Shown here piece by piece: positions 28,904 through 41,378 of a DNA stretch of 64,000 nucleotides. The notes beneath the pieces were generated by a model that saw only the letters and a list, made by a program, of their open reading frames with translations, did no database searches and was not told the origin of the DNA. The stretch is from Escherichia phage vB-Eco-KMB38. The stretch lies in sequence record OR525701.1. One strand, 5' to 3'. Both the position numbers and the translations under genes were made by a program. The stretch's first letter is position 1; every line of letters starts with the position of its first letter.

Positions 28904-29895
28904 TATTGAACCTTATTAATATAAGTTAACAGCTCTTTAGTTTGTTCCCAACTGATGCACGCATCGGTAATGGAAACGCCATATGACATATTATCAGAAA
29001 TTTTTTGATTTCCTTCATGTAGGAATGATTCTATCATAATTCCTTTGACCAAATCATTAGCTGCTAAATTTTTACCAATACCAATTTGATTACTATAATG
29101 CCCATCAGCGTTTGCATGGCTACAGTCAACCATTACATAATGATTCAGACCTACTGCCCTTGCTTTGTTAGAAGCTTCTTGAATATCAGAAGAATGATAG
29201 TTCGGGCCGTTGGTCCCGCCACGCAATACGATATGCGTATTCTGATTACCTTCAGCTTCAACAATGCCTACAGTACCATCGACGTCCATACCCATATACC
29301 GATGAGGCCAGGAGGCACTATACATCGCGTCTGTAGCTACTTTAATAGAACCATTGGTTGCGTTCTTGAAGCCTACGCACATCGGTAGACCTGAAGCAAT
29401 TTCACGATGTGTCTGACTTTCAGTCGTACGGGCGCCAATAGCAACCCATGAGAAAATACCAGAAAGATACTTAATCGTGAATGGGTCCAATACTTCAGTT
29501 GCTAATGGAAGTCCCATACGTAGAAGTTTACGACACAATGTTCGTGCAACTATAAGACCGTGGTTCATATCAAAACTTCCGTCAAGATATGGATCATTTA
29601 CAAGACCTTTCCAACCTACGGTAGTTCGAGGCTTTTCAAAATAAACGCGCATCACTAACAGAACATTAGGAAGACGAGTTTGAAGTTCAGCCAGACGTTT
29701 GCCGTATTCAACAGCAGCAATAGGGTCATGAATTGAACAAGGACCTACAACAATAAGTTTGCGTGGGTCTTCACCGTTCATAATCGAATTAACTTGTTCG
29801 CGATGAGAAGCCACTTGTGATGCGTAAGCTTCCGACAAAGGAATAATCTCAGCCAGTTCTTTTGGAGAAATAAGTTTTCCGACGATAGGTAACAT
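28903..29895 (-). CDS. 3-deoxy-D-arabino-heptulosonate-7-phosphate (DAHP) synthase, class I (AroF/AroG/AroH-like)
   Basis: 330 aa with LIVVGPCSIHDP, VMRVYFEKPRTTVGWKGL, AIGARTTESQTHRE, VGFKN, MVDCSHAN, SITDACISWE motifs of E. coli DAHP synthases; AAGGA RBS; stop overlaps the cd ATG. Confidence 0.9.
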   Translation of the reverse strand: MLPIVGKLISPKELAEIIPLSEAYASQVASHREQVNSIMNGEDPRKLIVVGPCSIHDPIAAVEYGKRLAELQTRLPNVLLVMRVYFEKPRTTVGWKGLVNDPYLDGSFDMNHGLIVARTLCRKLLRMGLPLATEVLDPFTIKYLSGIFSWVAIGARTTESQTHREIASGLPMCVGFKNATNGSIKVATDAMYSASWPHRYMGMDVDGTVGIVEAEGNQNTHIVLRGGTNGPNYHSSDIQEASNKARAVGLNHYVMVDCSHANADGHYSNQIGIGKNLAANDLVKGIMIESFLHEGNQKISDNMSYGVSITDACISWEQTKELLTYINKVQ

Positions 29896-30015
29896 AACAA
29901 TCCTTAGGAGATATAAACAGATTCTGATTCAACAATACCTTTAACCGGATTAGACAGGCTAAGTTGGTAGTGCTCAGATTTATGACCATTCTCGATAGTA
30001 ATGAGATAGCTCTCA

Positions 30016-30252
30016 TTATAGTGTTCCATATACTCGAGTTGCTTCAACAAGACCATCACTGCCTAATTTAAGATTAGTAATTTGGTCACCATCTTTAGGA
30101 TTAACGATTATGAGAAAAGAACGTGGAGATTCTTGAATAACTCGTAATGTTGCATCCTGGAAACGTTCAGACACTTTATTGATGAGTGCTTGAGCAAATT
30201 CTTTTACTTTAATCTGAAATTCGTGTACTGTAATTGGGGTTTCACTTAGCAT
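30016..30252 (-). CDS. hypothetical protein 78 aa
   Basis: ATG with GAGGAAA RBS and early promoter upstream. Confidence 0.55.
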   Translation of the reverse strand: MLSETPITVHEFQIKVKEFAQALINKVSERFQDATLRVIQESPRSFLIIVNPKDGDQITNLKLGSDGLVEATRVYGTL

Positions 30253-30281
30253 TTCGATTTCCTCATTGTGTTGGTAGAGTT

Positions 30282-30311
30282 ATAGTATCACAACTCCACC
30301 ATGTTGTAAAC
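30282..30311 (-). promoter_or_regulatory. early promoter GTTTAC ... TACTAT
   Basis: rc GTTTACaacatggtggagttgtgaTACTAT then CTCTACCAACAC leader. Confidence 0.55.
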
Positions 30312-30587
30312 TTAAATTGCAAAACATTTAATTTCTTGTGAATCGAAATCAACTTCGCACTGAATTACTAGTTCAGCATCAAGTCCAAACACAACAATCA
30401 CGTGAGCCGAGCTGGGCAACAGTGTAACAGACACAGAATCCACTTGGTCAGGCACCAGCGTATTCAAAACGTAGAGTAGTTCAGAGTGGATCTTAAGCTC
30501 GGTAGCCGTGTCCAGCTTATCAAAGAAATGATTTGCGATAATCTGACTAAAAACGACCTTTACAATTTCAGAATATTTAGGGAACAT
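30312..30587 (-). CDS. hypothetical protein 91 aa
   Basis: ATG with GAGG RBS. Confidence 0.55.
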   Translation of the reverse strand: MFPKYSEIVKVVFSQIIANHFFDKLDTATELKIHSELLYVLNTLVPDQVDSVSVTLLPSSAHVIVVFGLDAELVIQCEVDFDSQEIKCFAI

Positions 30588-30594
30588 AATTACC

Positions 30595-30819
30595 TCAGTG
30601 TACAGTATTTACTTTAACTCGAACAACAAATTGCTCGGTCGGTTCGCCTACAGGAACAAACTCTACATGATATTCGCCTTTGTAACGAGTATTCAGGTCG
30701 TTACGAATTTCGGTAAGCTTGTTGATTAATGTAGAACTCATATTAAGTCCCACTAGTTTACGAAGCATTTTGTATGCTTCATCTTCGATTTCACGATGTT
30801 TATCGTACATAGTTTTCAT
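30595..30819 (-). CDS. hypothetical protein 74 aa
   Basis: ATG start; operon context. Confidence 0.5.
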   Translation of the reverse strand: MKTMYDKHREIEDEAYKMLRKLVGLNMSSTLINKLTEIRNDLNTRYKGEYHVEFVPVGEPTEQFVVRVKVNTVH

Positions 30820-30990
30820 TTAACCATTCAATTGCCTGGTCGACGTTATCAAATATACCACCGTCCAAACGTTCTTCATGCTCATAGTCCAGCACATCAA
30901 TACCGAACTGTCCATTTACTAAAGGCCAGGCTACAAACAAATATTCTTTATGCTGTTCGATGGCCTCAATCACTTCATATAATCGTTTCA

Positions 30991-30991
<1 letters not shown>
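30800..30991 (-). CDS. possible small ORF 63 aa (GTG start only, overlaps neighbour by 20 nt)
   Basis: No ATG in frame; weak. Confidence 0.25.
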
Positions 30992-32077
<1,086 letters not shown>

Positions 32078-32078
<1 letters not shown>

Positions 32079-32377
32079 TATTTTATTCCTAAGAAAGTTT
32101 CAAGAATACGAATGTTATGCTCGCGGCGGTCTTTATTAATTTCAGCAACGTTTTTATTAATTGACGTACTTCTAACGTTTGAAGAAATAAATTTAATCAT
32201 ATGACTTTTGAGTTGTTGCAAATCCAACCCCTTTTCTTTAGCAGCTTTACGAAGAGCTTTACCTGCTTCATCTAGGGCCTTTGCTGCATCTTTATCATAG
32301 TTGCCAAGTGACATTCCACGGCAGATATCAATATACTCATCAGACCGTTTGATGTAATTCTCTAGTAATGTTTTCAT
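32078..32377 (-). CDS. hypothetical protein 99 aa
   Basis: ATG with GAGGAAA RBS and PeSL-like promoter upstream. Confidence 0.55.
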
Positions 32378-32399
32378 TTAGATTTCCTCAATTATCCAT

Positions 32400-32435
32400 A
32401 GGAGCATTATACTCTGCTCCTGAGAGTTTGTAAAC
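32400..32435 (-). promoter_or_regulatory. early promoter with stem-loop (PeSL-like), family A
   Basis: 7-bp inverted repeat AGGAGCA/TGCTCCT around loop TTATACTC carrying the -10; -35 GTTTAC; near-identical to the cassette at 61421-61456. Confidence 0.55.
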
Positions 32436-32659
32436 TATTTTACTAAAGATTCAATATACTCATGAAGAGCTTTAGTCGCTACTGCCCACTTATTCTGATA
32501 TTCATTTTTCAGATTAGCACGAGACTGAACTAACAAGCGGTCATTAGTCGGAGACAAAGATTCTAATCGTTGAATCTGGCGCCCATAAATCATAGCTGCC
32601 ATTTCAGATTCATAGATAAGCCCTTTAATGTATTCATGTTGTTCTTTAGTCATTGGCAT
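32435..32659 (-). CDS. hypothetical protein 74 aa (pseT.1-like position)
   Basis: ATG with AAAGAGGAAAAA RBS. Confidence 0.5.
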   Translation of the reverse strand: MPMTKEQHEYIKGLIYESEMAAMIYGRQIQRLESLSPTNDRLLVQSRANLKNEYQNKWAVATKALHEYIESLVK

Positions 32660-32940
32660 TTTTCCTCTTTTAAACCACTACGATAATAACATATCATAGT
32701 CTTCTGGTCATGTACATATCTTTTTACGTCGTTTAACCAGATACGAAATTCTTGAGAGTCTTCAAATGGCATTCCAACCCATGGATTACCATCAATAACC
32801 TTTACTTGCCATTTCTGGTTATATTCAACAATAGATTCAGGCCATGACGGATGTAAAGTTTCTTTAGGGCTTAAGGGCACATCCTGGGCACATCCAGCCA
32901 AAATGCCAATAGATAATACAACTGCGGTTAATTTAATCAT
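32650..32940 (-). CDS. outer-membrane spanin (o-spanin) lipoprotein, pseT.2-like
   Basis: Signal peptide with lipobox LAGC (MIKLTAVVLSIGILAGCAQ); overlaps the i-spanin gene end; T4 spanins are pseT.3/pseT.2. Confidence 0.7.
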   Translation of the reverse strand: MIKLTAVVLSIGILAGCAQDVPLSPKETLHPSWPESIVEYNQKWQVKVIDGNPWVGMPFEDSQEFRIWLNDVKRYVHDQKTMICYYRSGLKEEKCQ

Positions 32941-33293
32941 TCTGAGAGCTTCCTGAGGTCTTCTGCAAAGGAATCGAAGGACCTGTTGATTTGTTTTTCG
33001 ACCAATCCCGGTTTACTTGCCACCACATTCTTCTTCTTCGAATCCTTACGGAGCTTTTCATTTTCGGCCTTAAGTTGGTCAACTAAAACACGGTTCTTAT
33101 AGGTCATTTCTTCGATTGACTGATATTGAGCTTTGAAGTCGTCTAATACTTTAGCATTGTTTTTAGCGGTCTTTTTAACAGAAGCTAATTCAGTATTCAA
33201 CGAATCAACTTTGTTGTTTAAGACAACTATTGTTACCGTAGAAACTAGAGCAAAAGCTGCTACTATAGCATAAATCGGATTTACTTTAAGCAT
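32937..33293 (-). CDS. inner-membrane spanin (i-spanin), pseT.3-like
   Basis: N-terminal transmembrane helix (IYAIVAAFALVSTVTIVVL) followed by coiled-coil-like periplasmic region. Confidence 0.7.
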   Translation of the reverse strand: MLKVNPIYAIVAAFALVSTVTIVVLNNKVDSLNTELASVKKTAKNNAKVLDDFKAQYQSIEEMTYKNRVLVDQLKAENEKLRKDSKKKNVVASKPGLVEKQINRSFDSFAEDLRKLSE

Positions 33294-33781
33294 GTTTTAA
33301 TAATCTCAATGATTTCATCTCGGGATAATCCATTGATAAGAACGATTTTCAAACCATCACACTGGATTTTGTACGATTCAAACAATACACACAACTCTTC
33401 TGCTGTATGATATGGACTTGAAATTCCGAGGCGGTTGAATTTGTCGGTAAGAGGGTCGCAAATAATGTAGAATTTTATACCTGCGATATGTACGTTTGGT
33501 TGACTAATATTAATGAACACATTAGCGTCGTATTTAGTCAAATTGTTTTGAAGAAATTCTACCATGGCATTAACTGCTTCCGGCATTGCTTCACGTTTCT
33601 CTTCAGCGTATCGGGTGGAATACTCTTTTTGTTTTACTTTCTTTTTAAGATTTTTGGCCAGTGTAACACGTAGGTCAGTAAGATAACCAACTGGACGTCC
33701 TTTCTTAAAGACCCGGATTCCGTCAGTTGTATCTCCAAAAGCGGTTACGACCATATCGTTAGTAATCAATTGCATATTCAT
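33281..33781 (-). CDS. alc: Alc (inhibitor of host transcription)
   Basis: 166 aa from ATG 33781 (MNMQLITNDM...), after GAGGAG RBS; T4 Alc is 167 aa. Confidence 0.8.
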   Translation of the reverse strand: MNMQLITNDMVVTAFGDTTDGIRVFKKGRPVGYLTDLRVTLAKNLKKKVKQKEYSTRYAEEKREAMPEAVNAMVEFLQNNLTKYDANVFINISQPNVHIAGIKFYIICDPLTDKFNRLGISSPYHTAEELCVLFESYKIQCDGLKIVLINGLSRDEIIEIIKTCLK

Positions 33782-33811
33782 AATTTTCTCCTCGTGTTGT
33801 TGATAAAAGCC

Positions 33812-33841
33812 ATAGTAACACCTTCCTTGGTGTTTGTAAAC
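33812..33841 (-). promoter_or_regulatory. early promoter GTTTAC ... TACTAT upstream of alc
   Basis: rc TTTACAaacaccaaggaaggtgtTACTAT then TATCAACAACACGAGGAG leader. Confidence 0.55.
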
Positions 33842-33843
33842 CA

Positions 33844-34977
<1,134 letters not shown>

Positions 34978-35023
34978 TCAGTTAGTTTTTTTAAATTGTA
35001 CCACAATCCTTGTGGTGTGTAAA

Positions 35024-35434
35024 CTACTTTTTCTTATGTTGGATATTCCAAGGCGGGTTGAACTTTTTGATAAAAAGTGGTTCTTCAAGGTCCATTGTTG
35101 CGATGGTCATTGAACCAAGTTCGTTGGTGACTGAAAGATCAAAACATTGGCGGGCCCAGAATTCAACCTTTTTGCCTTGCATTAAGGCATCCAAAATCAT
35201 AAGTGATTTTCTTGAATCTGAAGTCTGGTCTTTTCGATTTATGGCTGTTCGATAATAGTTAATGCGTTTCTTTAAATTCTTGGTTTTACCAATATACACA
35301 AGTTCGTCATCTATAGCAATAGCGTATATGACATTTTTCTTATTAGGGACATCAACTGTTTTAATTGTTGCATCTTCTAATAGCTCCAATTCTGTATATT
35401 TAATAAAGGAATATTCGGCGGCGATATCTTTCAT
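35024..35434 (-). CDS. denA: endonuclease II
   Basis: 136 aa as T4 EndoII; GIY-YIG-like motif VYIGKTKNLKKRINYY. Confidence 0.9.
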   Translation of the reverse strand: MKDIAAEYSFIKYTELELLEDATIKTVDVPNKKNVIYAIAIDDELVYIGKTKNLKKRINYYRTAINRKDQTSDSRKSLMILDALMQGKKVEFWARQCFDLSVTNELGSMTIATMDLEEPLFIKKFNPPWNIQHKKK

Positions 35435-35442
35435 AATAAAGT

Positions 35443-35456
35443 GGGACCGAAGTCCC
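35443..35456 (-). terminator. hairpin between nrdB and denA
   Basis: GGGAC-CGAA-GTCCC. Confidence 0.45.
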
Positions 35457-35460
35457 GTCC

Positions 35461-36639
35461 TTAGAAATATTTTTTGTATGAATTGATTACATTTTGGTCT
35501 ACATCATTATCAATTTGTGCGACAAGATAAGAACTGATTTCAACTTCCTGAGGAGCTGCTTGAACTAAATCAGAGTTCAGATATTCACGAATCCAAGGAT
35601 ACGGATGTTTGGTCGGAGCATCAGTGATTGGGCATGGCAAACCACACTGTTTCATACGAGACACAGTCAAGTAATCAACAAAAGCACACATACTCTGCGT
35701 ATTGATACCTGGACATGTACCGTCTTTAAAGAGGTGTGCAGCCCATTCCTTCTCTTGTCTATTTACTTCCATAAAAATGTCAACTGCTTCTTGTTCACAT
35801 TCTTTAGCAATTTGAACCCACTCATCACCATCAGTACCAGATTGAAGTTGACGGATAATGTACTGAGTACCCTTGAGGTGGAGTTGTTCGTCACGAGCAA
35901 TGAACTTCATAATCTTTGCATTACCTTCCATAATTTCCATATTTTTATGGAAGTTGAAAGTACATGCAAATGATACGTAAAAACGAATAGCTTCTAAGGC
36001 GTTGATAACATGCAAACAGAGATAAAGAGACTTCATTAAATCACGCTTAGCAGCGGCTTCTTGCTTAATAGCACGTTCTAATTGAAGGTCTGCACCAATT
36101 GACGCTTTGGCTAGTTCCGTGAATTCTTTCTGGTTTTCCCAATGACGAGTCTTGACTAGAACATCATCGTAATATTTACCTATTGATTCAGCTCGTTTCA
36201 TGATTGCTTCGTCTAATACAATCTCATCAAATACTTTGGATGGATCGGTATAAAGATTTCGCATGATATGAGTATATGAACGACTGTGAATAGTTTCACT
36301 GAAAGTCCATGTAGCAACCCATGTATCTAATGAAGGGTCTGAAAGCAATGACATAAGTACCGCAGATGGTGCCCTGCCTTGGATAGAATCTAATAATGAT
36401 TGATACTTAAGGTTGTTTGTAAAGATGTCCTGTTGGAACTGAGGAAGCTTATTGAACTGCGCAGAGTCCAACATCAAGTTTACCTCTTCAGGGCGCCAGA
36501 AAAATGACAATTGCTTTTCGGTCAAATCTTCAAAAACTTTATGGCGTTGAATATCATAACGCGCAATACCAAGTCCAGAACCAAAGAACATCGGTTCGTT
36601 CAAAACATCGACTTGTTGTGTATTAAAAACTGTACTCAT
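35461..36639 (-). CDS. nrdB: ribonucleotide reductase small subunit
   Basis: 392 aa, uninterrupted (no intron); diiron motifs typical of class Ia R2. Confidence 0.95.
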   Translation of the reverse strand: MSTVFNTQQVDVLNEPMFFGSGLGIARYDIQRHKVFEDLTEKQLSFFWRPEEVNLMLDSAQFNKLPQFQQDIFTNNLKYQSLLDSIQGRAPSAVLMSLLSDPSLDTWVATWTFSETIHSRSYTHIMRNLYTDPSKVFDEIVLDEAIMKRAESIGKYYDDVLVKTRHWENQKEFTELAKASIGADLQLERAIKQEAAAKRDLMKSLYLCLHVINALEAIRFYVSFACTFNFHKNMEIMEGNAKIMKFIARDEQLHLKGTQYIIRQLQSGTDGDEWVQIAKECEQEAVDIFMEVNRQEKEWAAHLFKDGTCPGINTQSMCAFVDYLTVSRMKQCGLPCPITDAPTKHPYPWIREYLNSDLVQAAPQEVEISSYLVAQIDNDVDQNVINSYKKYF

Positions 36640-36693
36640 TATATTTTCTCACTTAGTTTTAACTCATCCATGAGTAAATTATAATCAAAAGTC

Positions 36694-38949
36694 TTAAAGC
36701 TTACAAGCAGAACAATCTTCAGCTTTAGGTGTTTCTAATTCATAGTCATCTGTACCTGACCCATCACGAGTGTTATGATAGTAGAGGTTTTTTCCGCCAA
36801 AGTACCAGAAGTAAAGCAGATCGTCAAGCATTACTGACATTGGCACTTTACCTTTCTCAAATACCGCAGGGTCATAGTAAGTATTAGCAGAAGCAGATTG
36901 GCACACCCATTTCAACATGATAGCAACTTGGGTCAAATAAGGTTTATTACCTTTCTTAGCAAGTTTCCACGCGTAGTCGTAAAGACTCATGTTATGTTCG
37001 ATATTAGGAACAACCTGTCGGAAGTTGCCTTCTTTAGATTCTTTAATACTTACTGGACCGCGCGGGGGCTCAATCCCATTTGTAGAGTTCGATACTTGAC
37101 TGCTTGACTCACAAGGCATGAGTGCAGACAACGTTGAGTTACGAATTCCATGTTCTTTGAGTTCAGCTCGAAGTTCTTCCCAGTTACAGACGTAGTTCGG
37201 GGCTGCGATTTGGTCAATCTTTTTATTGTACCAGTCGATAGGTAATTCGCCTCTAGACCATTTAGTGTCTGAATAATACTCACAAGGTCCTTTTTCTTTG
37301 GCGAGTTTGATTGAAGCTTTGATAAGGCCATATTGCAATCTCTCAAACAATTCATGAGTCAAATCGTTAGCATCTTCATATGAAGCAAAGTTAGAAGCTA
37401 ACCATGCAGCATAGTTCGTCACACCAACGCCGAGGTTTCGACGCTTTTTAGCTTTTAAAGCTTCTGGAACCGGATAATCTTGATAGTCTAACAGGTTATC
37501 AAGTGCACGTACTTGTACTTCAGCAAGTTCATTAATTTTATCTTGGTCTTGCCAATCAAATTTATCTAATACAAAAGCAGATAACGTGCATAAACCAATT
37601 TCAGCATCAGGACCATTCACATCATTAGTTGGAATAGCGATTTCACAACATAAGTTACTCTGACGAATTGGAGCTTTTTCACGAATAAACGGAGTGTAGT
37701 TATTCGTGTTATCAACAAACTGTGGATAAATTCGAGCAGTACCAGAACGTTCAGTCATGAACAATTCAAAGAGTTCTAGTGCTTTGATTCTTTTCTTTCT
37801 GATTGTTGGGTCTTTTTCAGCTTTCTCATAAAGCTCACGGAATTTATCTTGATCTTCAAAGAACGAGTAGTATAGTTCGCCTGACATTTCGTGAGGGCTA
37901 AATAAAGTAATATAATCATTTTTACCAAGGCGTTCCATCATAAGGTCATTAATCTGAATTCCGTAGTCCATATGTCGAATACGGTTTTCATCCACGCCTT
38001 TGTTATTTTTCAGAACTAATAGGTTCTCTACTTCTAAGTGCCACATCGGATAATACGCTGTAGCAGCACCGCCACGAATACCACCTTGAGAACAAGATTT
38101 TACTGCAGTTTGGAAATGTTTCCAGAATGGAATAACACCCGTATGTCGAACTTCACCCATACCGATCTTAGAACCTTCTGCACGAAGCATGCCAACGTTG
38201 ATACCGATACCAGCTCGTTTAGAAATATATTCAATAATTGATGCTGAAGTTTTGTTAATAGATTTTAACGAATCACCGGCTTCAATAACTACACAACTAG
38301 AGAACTGGCGAGTCGGAGTACGAGCACCTGCCATAATTGGGGTTGGCAATGAAACTTGATGAGTAGAAACAGCATCATAAAAACGAATAATATGTTTCAA
38401 ACGGTCATGAGTTTCGTCTTGATGTAAGGCCATACCAATAGCCATGATAGCAAACTGGGGAGTTTCATAAATCTTACCAGTTGTTTTATCTTTAACCAGG
38501 TATTTTTCTTTAAGCTGCATAGCACCAGCATAAGTCAGGTCAAAATCTCGCTCATGTTTAATCCGAGAATCAAGATAAATGATTTCTTCTGCAGAATATC
38601 TAGACAACAACTCAGGATCGTATTTGCCTTCATTAACACAGTAAGAAATATGGTCGATAAAAGCAGGTGGTTCAAACTGCCCATATACATCTTTACGAAG
38701 TGCAAACATTAATCCTTTAGCAGCAACATATTGATAATCAGGTTCTTCGACAGAAATCGAGTTAGCTGCAACTTTAATACAAATCTTCTGAATATCTTTG
38801 GTGCTCATCCCATCGACAAGATGGGTCTTAATTTCTTCATACAATTCATACGGGTCGATTTGTGTTCCTTCACATTGCCAAGTTAAGACTTGAATAATTT
38901 TCTGTGCATCAAAATTTTGGGATACACCACTGCTCTTAGTTACTTGCAT
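36694..38949 (-). CDS. nrdA: ribonucleotide reductase large subunit
   Basis: 751 aa; ATP-cone N-terminus and catalytic Cys/Asn/Glu motifs; T4 NrdA 754 aa. Confidence 0.96.
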   Translation of the reverse strand: MQVTKSSGVSQNFDAQKIIQVLTWQCEGTQIDPYELYEEIKTHLVDGMSTKDIQKICIKVAANSISVEEPDYQYVAAKGLMFALRKDVYGQFEPPAFIDHISYCVNEGKYDPELLSRYSAEEIIYLDSRIKHERDFDLTYAGAMQLKEKYLVKDKTTGKIYETPQFAIMAIGMALHQDETHDRLKHIIRFYDAVSTHQVSLPTPIMAGARTPTRQFSSCVVIEAGDSLKSINKTSASIIEYISKRAGIGINVGMLRAEGSKIGMGEVRHTGVIPFWKHFQTAVKSCSQGGIRGGAATAYYPMWHLEVENLLVLKNNKGVDENRIRHMDYGIQINDLMMERLGKNDYITLFSPHEMSGELYYSFFEDQDKFRELYEKAEKDPTIRKKRIKALELFELFMTERSGTARIYPQFVDNTNNYTPFIREKAPIRQSNLCCEIAIPTNDVNGPDAEIGLCTLSAFVLDKFDWQDQDKINELAEVQVRALDNLLDYQDYPVPEALKAKKRRNLGVGVTNYAAWLASNFASYEDANDLTHELFERLQYGLIKASIKLAKEKGPCEYYSDTKWSRGELPIDWYNKKIDQIAAPNYVCNWEELRAELKEHGIRNSTLSALMPCESSSQVSNSTNGIEPPRGPVSIKESKEGNFRQVVPNIEHNMSLYDYAWKLAKKGNKPYLTQVAIMLKWVCQSASANTYYDPAVFEKGKVPMSVMLDDLLYFWYFGGKNLYYHNTRDGSGTDDYELETPKAEDCSACKL

Positions 38950-39036
38950 ATATTCCTCAGTATAGGTTGATAGACATTACTCCAAACGGGATAGTATTTA
39001 TCCCGTTAATTTATTATACACTTTTAAACTGAAGCG

Positions 39037-39291
39037 TTAATTATTCTTAGCAATAATTTCTTTGTATTCTTTAGGAGTCAAGACTGTGATATCAAAATAA
39101 ACCAATGGTTCTTTTTCCATACCGTAACCACCACAAAATTCACGATATTCATAAATTCGTTCGTGTGAATGGCAAATGAATCGTTCACCTTTAACTGTGA
39201 TTTCACTATTTGGTGAAGGGATATCTAGTTCGGTAGGATTTTTCATTTCAAAAATTGTGGTGCCATATGAATTAATAAAACGTAAAATCAT
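39037..39291 (-). CDS. hypothetical protein 84 aa (nrdA.1-like position)
   Basis: ATG start 1 nt after the td stop. Confidence 0.5.
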   Translation of the reverse strand: MILRFINSYGTTIFEMKNPTELDIPSPNSEITVKGERFICHSHERIYEYREFCGGYGMEKEPLVYFDITVLTPKEYKEIIAKNN

Positions 39292-39292
39292 T

Positions 39293-40153
39293 TTATACCG
39301 CCATTTTAGCTTTGATAGCTGGATGTGATTCGTAATTTTTAAGAACGAAATCAGAATGTGTCATTGTTCCAGTAACCCAGTCCATTTGGATTTTTGTAGG
39401 CCAATTCTCAAAATTACTAGGCCAATTAATTTCAAGAGAACATAACTCTTTAGGTTCACGACGAAGAACTTCTTTGCATTGTTCTACATGATTGCTGTAG
39501 ATATGCGTGTTGCCGCCTGAGAACACTAAATCACCTGGGATAAGATTACACATCTTCGCTACAATATGCGTCAAGGCAGCGTACGAGGCAATGTTGAATG
39601 GCAGGCCCAAGAAAACATCTACACTGCGTTGATACCATTGTAAATCAAGGTGACCATTACGCACATTAAATTGATAGAACATATGACAAGGAGGAAGAGC
39701 CATTTGGTCAATTTCTGCAGGGTTCCATGCAGAAACTATTTGTCGACGATCATTAGGAAGAGCTTTAATACGGTCAATAGTTTTGACCAATTGGTCTACA
39801 CCACCAAAATCACGCCATTGCTTACCGTAAATAGGACCAAGTTCACCACTATGATAACCAAGGTCTTTTGCCTGATTTTCATAGTTGTCGTCCCAAATAG
39901 TTTTGCCTTCAATTAGACTACCATGAGTACGAATACGCAAATCATTAACATTGGTAGAACCAGACATGAACCACAGTAGTTCGGCAATACAAGCTTTCCA
40001 TGCTAATTTCTTAGTTGTTACTGCAGGGAATCCTTTAGTCAGGTCCCAACGTAATTTAGTTCCGAACAGGGCAATAGTGCCGATACCTGTACGGTCATCT
40101 GTTTCGTAGCCGTTTTCAAGGATATTTTTAATTAAATCTTGGTATTGTTTCAT
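39293..40153 (-). CDS. td: thymidylate synthase
   Basis: 286 aa as T4 Td, uninterrupted (no intron); motifs LPPCH and DRRQIV. Confidence 0.96.
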   Translation of the reverse strand: MKQYQDLIKNILENGYETDDRTGIGTIALFGTKLRWDLTKGFPAVTTKKLAWKACIAELLWFMSGSTNVNDLRIRTHGSLIEGKTIWDDNYENQAKDLGYHSGELGPIYGKQWRDFGGVDQLVKTIDRIKALPNDRRQIVSAWNPAEIDQMALPPCHMFYQFNVRNGHLDLQWYQRSVDVFLGLPFNIASYAALTHIVAKMCNLIPGDLVFSGGNTHIYSNHVEQCKEVLRREPKELCSLEINWPSNFENWPTKIQMDWVTGTMTHSDFVLKNYESHPAIKAKMAV

Positions 40154-40166
40154 TTAGCACCTATAA

Positions 40167-41124
<958 letters not shown>

Positions 41125-41367
41125 TCAAAACCCCTTTTCAATAAACCATTCAGTGGCTTTATTAGCGTCAAAGAAAACTTCTTCATATGTCTTTTCTTTG
41201 TTTTCAAAAACTGTCACACAAACACGTTGACATTCTCCACAGTATTCTTCTGACATACTCAAAGCGTCAGAAAACATTTCATTAAATTCACTTAAATCGG
41301 GATTATGCAATGCGTTAAAAATTGCATAATCGAATTCGTCATTCATAAATTCAAATACAAAAATCAT
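41125..41367 (-). CDS. hypothetical acidic protein (frd.1-like), 80 aa from ATG 41367
   Basis: Track start 41406 is a TTG; the ATG at 41367 follows GAGGAAAAA RBS. Confidence 0.5.
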   Translation of the reverse strand: MIFVFEFMNDEFDYAIFNALHNPDLSEFNEMFSDALSMSEEYCGECQRVCVTVFENKEKTYEEVFFDANKATEWFIEKGF

Positions 41368-41378
41368 ATTATTTTTCC

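Noticed and set aside
35461-40153. Looked for group I introns and intron-encoded endonucleases in nrdB and td, as in T4
   Set aside because: Both genes are continuous full-length ORFs of the expected sizes; no intron-like interruptions found.
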